Part shown: positions 59,278 to 64,000 of the stretch, in pieces
Numbering within the stretch: the first letter of the stretch is position 1
How the letters are laid out: every line of letters begins with the position of its first letter
NCBI GenBank assembly: GCA_050011565.1
Contig: JBEKIW010000001.1
Coordinates: 96,001 to 160,000, forward strand
Reading direction: 5' to 3'
DNA length: 64,000 nt
Source of the DNA: Dehalococcoidia bacterium
GTDB lineage: Bacteria; Chloroflexota; Dehalococcoidia; GIF9; UBA5629
Notes under the pieces: model-generated
Told to the model about the DNA's origin: nothing
The model's input: the letters and a program-made list of their open reading frames with translations, nothing else
Database searches by the model: none
Position numbers and translations under genes: made by a program

Positions 59278-59787
59278 TCAGAGCTCGAAGTCGCCGTGCT
59301 TGCTTATATAAGGGATAAGCCCGCCTTCGTTGAGTATGTCTACCATCACCTTCGGGATTTTACCAAAGGTAAGTTTGGTATTTTTGGTCAGGTCAATGAT
59401 ACTACTTTCGCTCAAATTTACTTCTATTTCATCGCCGGCGCCAATTTTATCGGTGTCGCAAATCAGCACGGGCAGTCCCTGATTTATAGCATTTCTGAAA
59501 AAGATGCGGGCGACCGATTTTGCCAGTATGGCGCTCACTCCAGCCATTTTAATGACCAACGCCGCATGTTCACGGCTGGAACCGAGCCCGAAGTTCTTGC
59601 CGGCAACGATAAAGTCACCCGGTTTTACTTTGTCGACGAAAGTCGGGTCGGCGTCTTCCATAACGTGTTTGGCCAGTTCCGGCAGGTCGCTTCTCAAATT
59701 TGCGTATTTGCCGGGTATAATATGGTCGGTGGAAATGTTGTCGCCGAACTTGAAAGCTCTGCCTCTAAGAACCGCGTCAGGCATCAT
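59278..59787 (-). CDS. Aconitase-family small subunit (LeuD/HacB type)
   Basis: DNISTDHIIPG, NFGLGSSREHA, RIFFRNAIN.GL. Confidence 0.9.
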   Translation of the reverse strand: MMPDAVLRGRAFKFGDNISTDHIIPGKYANLRSDLPELAKHVMEDADPTFVDKVKPGDFIVAGKNFGLGSSREHAALVIKMAGVSAILAKSVARIFFRNAINQGLPVLICDTDKIGAGDEIEVNLSESSIIDLTKNTKLTFGKIPKVMVDILNEGGLIPYISKHGDFEL

Positions 59788-61037
59788 GCCACCTCTCTCG
59801 GGTCGGTGATTTCGCCGGTCAGTGCCGAGGCAGCGGCAGTGGCCGGGCTGGCCAGATATATCGAAGCTTCAGGGTTGCCCATGCGGCCTTTGAAATTACG
59901 ATTGGCCGTGGACAAGCAGACCTCATTATCTCCGAGTACGCCTTGATGCACGCCGAGGCAGGCGGCGCATCCCGGCGGCAGTATCACGGCTCCGGCATTG
60001 ACAAAAATCTGGATGTAGCCGATTCTCATAGCTTTGCTCAGGACTTGCTGCGATGCCGGAGCTACGATTAATCTGACCATCGGATTACGCTTCTTACCTT
60101 TGAGTATGGCAGCGGCGGCGGCCAGGTCTTCGAGTCGACCGTTGGTACAGGTACCGATAAAAACCTGGTCGATTTTGGTGCCGGCCAGCATCTTTACCGG
60201 ATTGACATTGTTCACGGCGTGAGGCATGGCTACCATGGGTTCCAGCTCTGAGGCGTCGAGGGCAATAGCCCTCTCGTATTCGGCATCGGCATCGGGTTGC
60301 AGCGCCTGGTATTTGCTACCTCTGCCCTGAGCTGCCAGGTACCTCCTGGTTATATTATCGCTGGGGAAAATGCCGACCTTAGCGCCGGCTTCCACCGCCA
60401 TATTGGCTACGGTCAGGCGCTGAGGTAAGGTCATGTTAGCTACAGCGTTGCCGTCGAATTCCAGCGCTTTATAAGTGGCGCCGTCGGCACCGAGCACCCC
60501 GATAAGATGGAGGACAAGGTCCTTGGCGCCCACCCATTTTTGAAATTTGCCGTTTATGCTGATTTTGAATGTTTCCGGCACTCGAAACCACGTTTTGCCC
60601 AGTGCGAAAACGACGGCAATGTCGCTGGAGCCCATTCCGGTGGCGAAGGCACCTAGACCGCCGGCAGTGACCGTATGGGAGTCAGCACCGACGATGATAT
60701 CCCCCGGGTTGGCGAACTTTTCCGCCACAAGCTGGTGACATATACCGCTGCCGCCTTCAAAAATCTGGCAGCCGGTCTCCTCAGCAAAGCGACGCAGGAG
60801 CTGATGATCATTGGATAGCTGCCGGTTGGGGCTGGGTATGGCGTGGTCGAGAAAGATGGCTGTCCGCTGCGGATTGGCCAATATGCCGTGTTTGACCTCT
60901 TTAAACTGCCGTACAGTCAAGGGGCCGGTGGTGTCCTGAACAAAGGCTAAATCTACAGGGGCAATTACAATATCGCCGGCTCTGGCGTCGGTCCCCGATT
61001 TGTCACCTAGTATCTTCTCACTGAGGGTTTTCCCCAT
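59784..61037 (-). CDS. Aconitase-family large subunit (LeuC/HacA type)
   Basis: DH, GICHQ, DSHT, GTCTNGR, CAACLG, NRNFKGRMG. Confidence 0.92.
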   Translation of the reverse strand: MGKTLSEKILGDKSGTDARAGDIVIAPVDLAFVQDTTGPLTVRQFKEVKHGILANPQRTAIFLDHAIPSPNRQLSNDHQLLRRFAEETGCQIFEGGSGICHQLVAEKFANPGDIIVGADSHTVTAGGLGAFATGMGSSDIAVVFALGKTWFRVPETFKISINGKFQKWVGAKDLVLHLIGVLGADGATYKALEFDGNAVANMTLPQRLTVANMAVEAGAKVGIFPSDNITRRYLAAQGRGSKYQALQPDADAEYERAIALDASELEPMVAMPHAVNNVNPVKMLAGTKIDQVFIGTCTNGRLEDLAAAAAILKGKKRNPMVRLIVAPASQQVLSKAMRIGYIQIFVNAGAVILPPGCAACLGVHQGVLGDNEVCLSTANRNFKGRMGNPEASIYLASPATAAASALTGEITDPREVA

Positions 61038-61043
61038 TGGAGC

Positions 61044-62978
61044 CTAACCGATTATGGCGAGTACGGCGCCGCCGCTTACTTTGTCGCCGGGCTTGTAACT
61101 TATGGATTTAATCTTGCCCGAGGCTGGAGCCACTATTTCATTTTCCATCTTCATGGCTTCAAGTATAACTATGCCTGCGTTTGTCTTGACGTCATCGCCT
61201 TCTTTTACCAGGTAGCGGACAATTGTGCCCGGTATGGGAGCCAGGACTGCGGTCTCGCCGGCAGCCGCGGCTGCCTTGGCGAGTGCCGGAGCCTCCTTTT
61301 TCTCGGCTCGTGCCGGAGGCGCTTCCGGTTTAGGCGATGGTGCTGCGGGCTGTGGTGGGGCGTAGGCTGGAGGTGGGGCAAAGGCAACCGGTCCACCTGC
61401 AGGCTCGACCTCGACTTTATAATATTCATCGCCGACAAAGACATTGAACGTCCTGGCGGCCGGGCCTTTGGCGGGTGCTTTCGCCTCAGTCTTCTCCATC
61501 AGCTTGCCGACCTTAGCCTGGGCAATGAGCTCATCTTCTCTCTTTACATCTTCCAGAGTCTTGGGTTTGGTTTCCGGTGGTGGCGTTTCCAGGCCGTATT
61601 TCCATTTCAGAAATCGCATACCGGTCTGAGGATAGAGTGCATAAACAAGCACGTCGCCGATGTCTTTCGCAATATCTTTGGTCGCCTCTTTAGCTTTTTC
61701 CAGTTCCGGCTGGAGAATATCCGCCGGCCGCGAGGTTATAGGTTTCTCCCCGCGTTCGTAGCCTTTGAGCACTATTTTTTGTATTTCTTTGTCAATGGAT
61801 GCCGGCGGCTTGCCATACAGGCCGAAGACGTAGTCTTTGACTTCTTTGGATATCATTTTGTATCTGCCGAAGAGGACGTTTTGGACCGCCTGAACGCCCA
61901 CAATCTGGCTGGTGGGAGTGACCAGAGGCGGATAGCCCAGTTCTTTTCTGGTTCGGGGTAACTCGGCATAGACTTCCTGGAGGCGGTTGAGAGCATTAGC
62001 CTCCCTTAACTGGGCAACCATATTGCTGAACATGCCGCCTGGGATTTGATGCCACAGCACACCGGTATCGATAACCGATATCTTGGTGGTGTCCAGGAAA
62101 TCCCTGTATTTAGGTGCGATGGACTCGAAGTATTCGCTCAGTTTGAGCAGGTGCTGCAAATCGAGGCCCGTGTCTCTGGGACCGCCGCTGAGAGCGACCA
62201 CAATTGGCTCTAGTGCCGGGTGTGCGGTACGCAGAGCGAATGGAGCGATGCAGGTATCGATGAAATCGACGCCGGCTTCTATGGCTTTTTGGTAGCTCAT
62301 ATAGGCCATGCCGCTGGTGAAGTGGCTGTGCAGGTTAACCGGTATCTTCAGTGCCTGCTTCAGCGCTTTGATCAGTTCAAAAGCATCATCCGGGGAAATA
62401 AGCCCGGCCATATCCTTAATACACAGGCTATCTGCTCCCATGTCTTGAATGATAAGTGCCTTGTTTACAAAATAATCGATGTTGTATACCGGGCCGCCCA
62501 GCTTGGGTTCTGTAAGCGAATAGCACAAAGAGCCCTGAATATGTTTCTTTTTGTCCTTTATGGCTTTGAAGGCGGTTATGAAGTTTCTTTCGTCATTAAC
62601 GGCATCGAAGACGCGGAAGACATCGATGCCGCAGTCAGCGGCGTGATGAACGAAGGCAGTGACTACATCATCGGCGTAGTTGCGATAGCCGACTAAATTC
62701 TGGCCGCGCAGCAGCATTTGTAATCTGGTATCCGGCATCAACTTTTTTAAGATGCGTATTCTTTCCCACGGGTCTTCATTCAGAAACCGGGTCATGACGT
62801 CGAAGGTGGCGCCGCCCCAGACTTCCATAGACCAGAATCCGGTTTTGTTCATCTCCGGGGCAATTGGCTCCATGTCGGCAGTCCGCATCCTGGTGGCGAA
62901 AAGTGACTGGTGGCCGTCACGCAGGGTAAGGTCGGTAATTTTTAACCGATTTTTGCCGCTTCCCTTGGTTGGGCTCAT
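61044..62978 (-). CDS. Pyruvate/oxaloacetate carboxyltransferase fused to a biotin carrier (PycB/OadA/transcarboxylase 5S type)
   Basis: LRDGHQSL.ATR, WGGATFD, IKDMAG, VTPTSQ, Pro/Ala linker, EAMKM. Confidence 0.92.
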   Translation of the reverse strand: MSPTKGSGKNRLKITDLTLRDGHQSLFATRMRTADMEPIAPEMNKTGFWSMEVWGGATFDVMTRFLNEDPWERIRILKKLMPDTRLQMLLRGQNLVGYRNYADDVVTAFVHHAADCGIDVFRVFDAVNDERNFITAFKAIKDKKKHIQGSLCYSLTEPKLGGPVYNIDYFVNKALIIQDMGADSLCIKDMAGLISPDDAFELIKALKQALKIPVNLHSHFTSGMAYMSYQKAIEAGVDFIDTCIAPFALRTAHPALEPIVVALSGGPRDTGLDLQHLLKLSEYFESIAPKYRDFLDTTKISVIDTGVLWHQIPGGMFSNMVAQLREANALNRLQEVYAELPRTRKELGYPPLVTPTSQIVGVQAVQNVLFGRYKMISKEVKDYVFGLYGKPPASIDKEIQKIVLKGYERGEKPITSRPADILQPELEKAKEATKDIAKDIGDVLVYALYPQTGMRFLKWKYGLETPPPETKPKTLEDVKREDELIAQAKVGKLMEKTEAKAPAKGPAARTFNVFVGDEYYKVEVEPAGGPVAFAPPPAYAPPQPAAPSPKPEAPPARAEKKEAPALAKAAAAAGETAVLAPIPGTIVRYLVKEGDDVKTNAGIVILEAMKMENEIVAPASGKIKSISYKPGDKVSGGAVLAIIG

Positions 62979-63015
62979 ATTTATATCTCCTCTCAATAAG
63001 TGTTGGTCCAATACA

Positions 63016-63201
63016 CTATCGATTGCGTCTGCTGGCCTGCCAGCGGCTTCTGGCTCTAATCAATTCCTGGCGTCCGAAAACCCGCCATGCACTGATTTCA
63101 GGGAGTGGCATGACTCTAGAAAGAAACGCTTTGGCTGGCTCCTCCTGTTCCATATAGGCATTGACTGCCGCCGCGACTGCAACTATAACAGCTTTGTTCA
63201 T
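63016..63201 (-). CDS. Small accessory subunit (acyl-CoA carboxylase epsilon/OadG-like)
   Basis: VAVAAAVNAY...SAWRVFGR; lies between two carboxyltransferase genes. Confidence 0.6.
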   Translation of the reverse strand: MNKAVIVAVAAAVNAYMEQEEPAKAFLSRVMPLPEISAWRVFGRQELIRARSRWQASRRNR

Positions 63202-63213
63202 ATCTATTAATTC

Positions 63214-64000
63214 CTAAAGTGGTATGTTGCCGTGCTTCTTGGGCGGATTGGTATCGGTTTTGTTCCGGAGCATTTCCAGGGCTTTTATCAATTTAGGTCG
63301 TGTGCTTATGGGGTCGATAACGTCGTCAATGTATCCCTTGCTGGCGGCGATATAAGGATTGGCGAACTTATCTCTATATTCGGCAATTAGTTTCTGTCGA
63401 GTCTCCTCCGGCTTTGCCGACTTATCAATGGTGTCTTTGAATATGATGTTTACAGCGCCATCCGGTCCCATTACGGCGATCTCGGCTGTCGGCCAGGCGT
63501 AGTTGATATCACCACGAAGGTTTTTGCTGCTCATGACTATAAAAGCTCCGCCGTAAGCTTTACGTGTGATGACGCTTACCTTGGGTACGGTGGCTTCAGC
63601 ATAGGCATAGAGAAACTTGGCGCCGTGCCTGATAATCCCCCGGTACTCCTGGTCGCTGCCCGGCATGTAACCGGGTACGTCGACGAATGTGACCAGTGGA
63701 ATGTTGAAGCAGTCGCAGAACCGGACAAACCTGGCGCCCTTATCTGCAGCGTCGACATCGATGACGCCGGCATACACTAAAGGCTGTTGGGCGACTACAC
63801 CGACGCTATGCCCGCCCATTCTGGCGAAGCCGACAATGAGGTTTTTGGCAAAATTCTCATGCACCTCCATGAAATCGCCGTTGTCTATTATTTTGAGTAT
63901 GACTTTTTTCATGTCATACGTTTTGTTCGGGTCGTCGGGGATAAGGTGAATAAGTTCCTCATCCGTTCGGTTTGGGTCGTCGCCGGTATCTACGAACGGC
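63214..64000 (-). CDS. Acyl-CoA (propionyl/methylmalonyl-CoA) carboxyltransferase beta subunit, 5' part outside the window
   Basis: ARFVRFCD.FNIP, DVPG, RKAYGGA, AVMG, KKHGNIPL; frame is open to the window edge. Confidence 0.93.
   Translation of the reverse strand, partial: PFVDTGDDPNRTDEELIHLIPDDPNKTYDMKKVILKIIDNGDFMEVHENFAKNLIVGFARMGGHSVGVVAQQPLVYAGVIDVDAADKGARFVRFCDCFNIPLVTFVDVPGYMPGSDQEYRGIIRHGAKFLYAYAEATVPKVSVITRKAYGGAFIVMSSKNLRGDINYAWPTAEIAVMGPDGAVNIIFKDTIDKSAKPEETRQKLIAEYRDKFANPYIAASKGYIDDVIDPISTRPKLIKALEMLRNKTDTNPPKKHGNIPL

Noticed and set aside
59278-61037. Confident leuC/leuD (leucine biosynthesis) assignment
   Set aside because: No leuA or ilv context; neighbours are TCA genes, so substrate specificity is left open.

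Overview
Bacterial chromosome segment. Gene content and order (plsY-gpsA-der, cbpA/hspR/clp, 11-subunit nuo, split class I fumarase, leuCD-icd-mdh) suggest a Dehalococcoidia-like Chloroflexota anaerobe; this is an inference, not a database result. Most of the window is housekeeping: polA (partial), argF, der, plsY, gpsA, two DnaJ proteins, an HspR/Clp operon, uppS, leuS, yggS-proC, coaD-rsmD, nuoABCDHIJK-(DUF2007)-LMN, nadK, and a TCA/carboxyltransferase operon. Three things stand out. (1) A composite AT-rich island sits at tRNA-Ala(GGC) (15547-22393). It has two downstream copies of the tRNA 3' half, one intact tyrosine integrase without its own convincing start, and an SD+ATG at the far att copy in the integrase frame, so the gene would be rebuilt on excision. 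Three further integrase 3'-tail remnants are each followed by different cargo, much of it unannotated microproteins, giving an integron-like stack. (2) A Gly-rich lipoprotein ORF (50595-) has a UGA followed by GGT-TGT-GGA-GGT-TAA and a bacterial SECIS-like hairpin, making it a candidate selenoprotein ending ...GGG-U-G-C-G-G. (3) Several families of intergenic palindromic REP-like elements occur, some nested.
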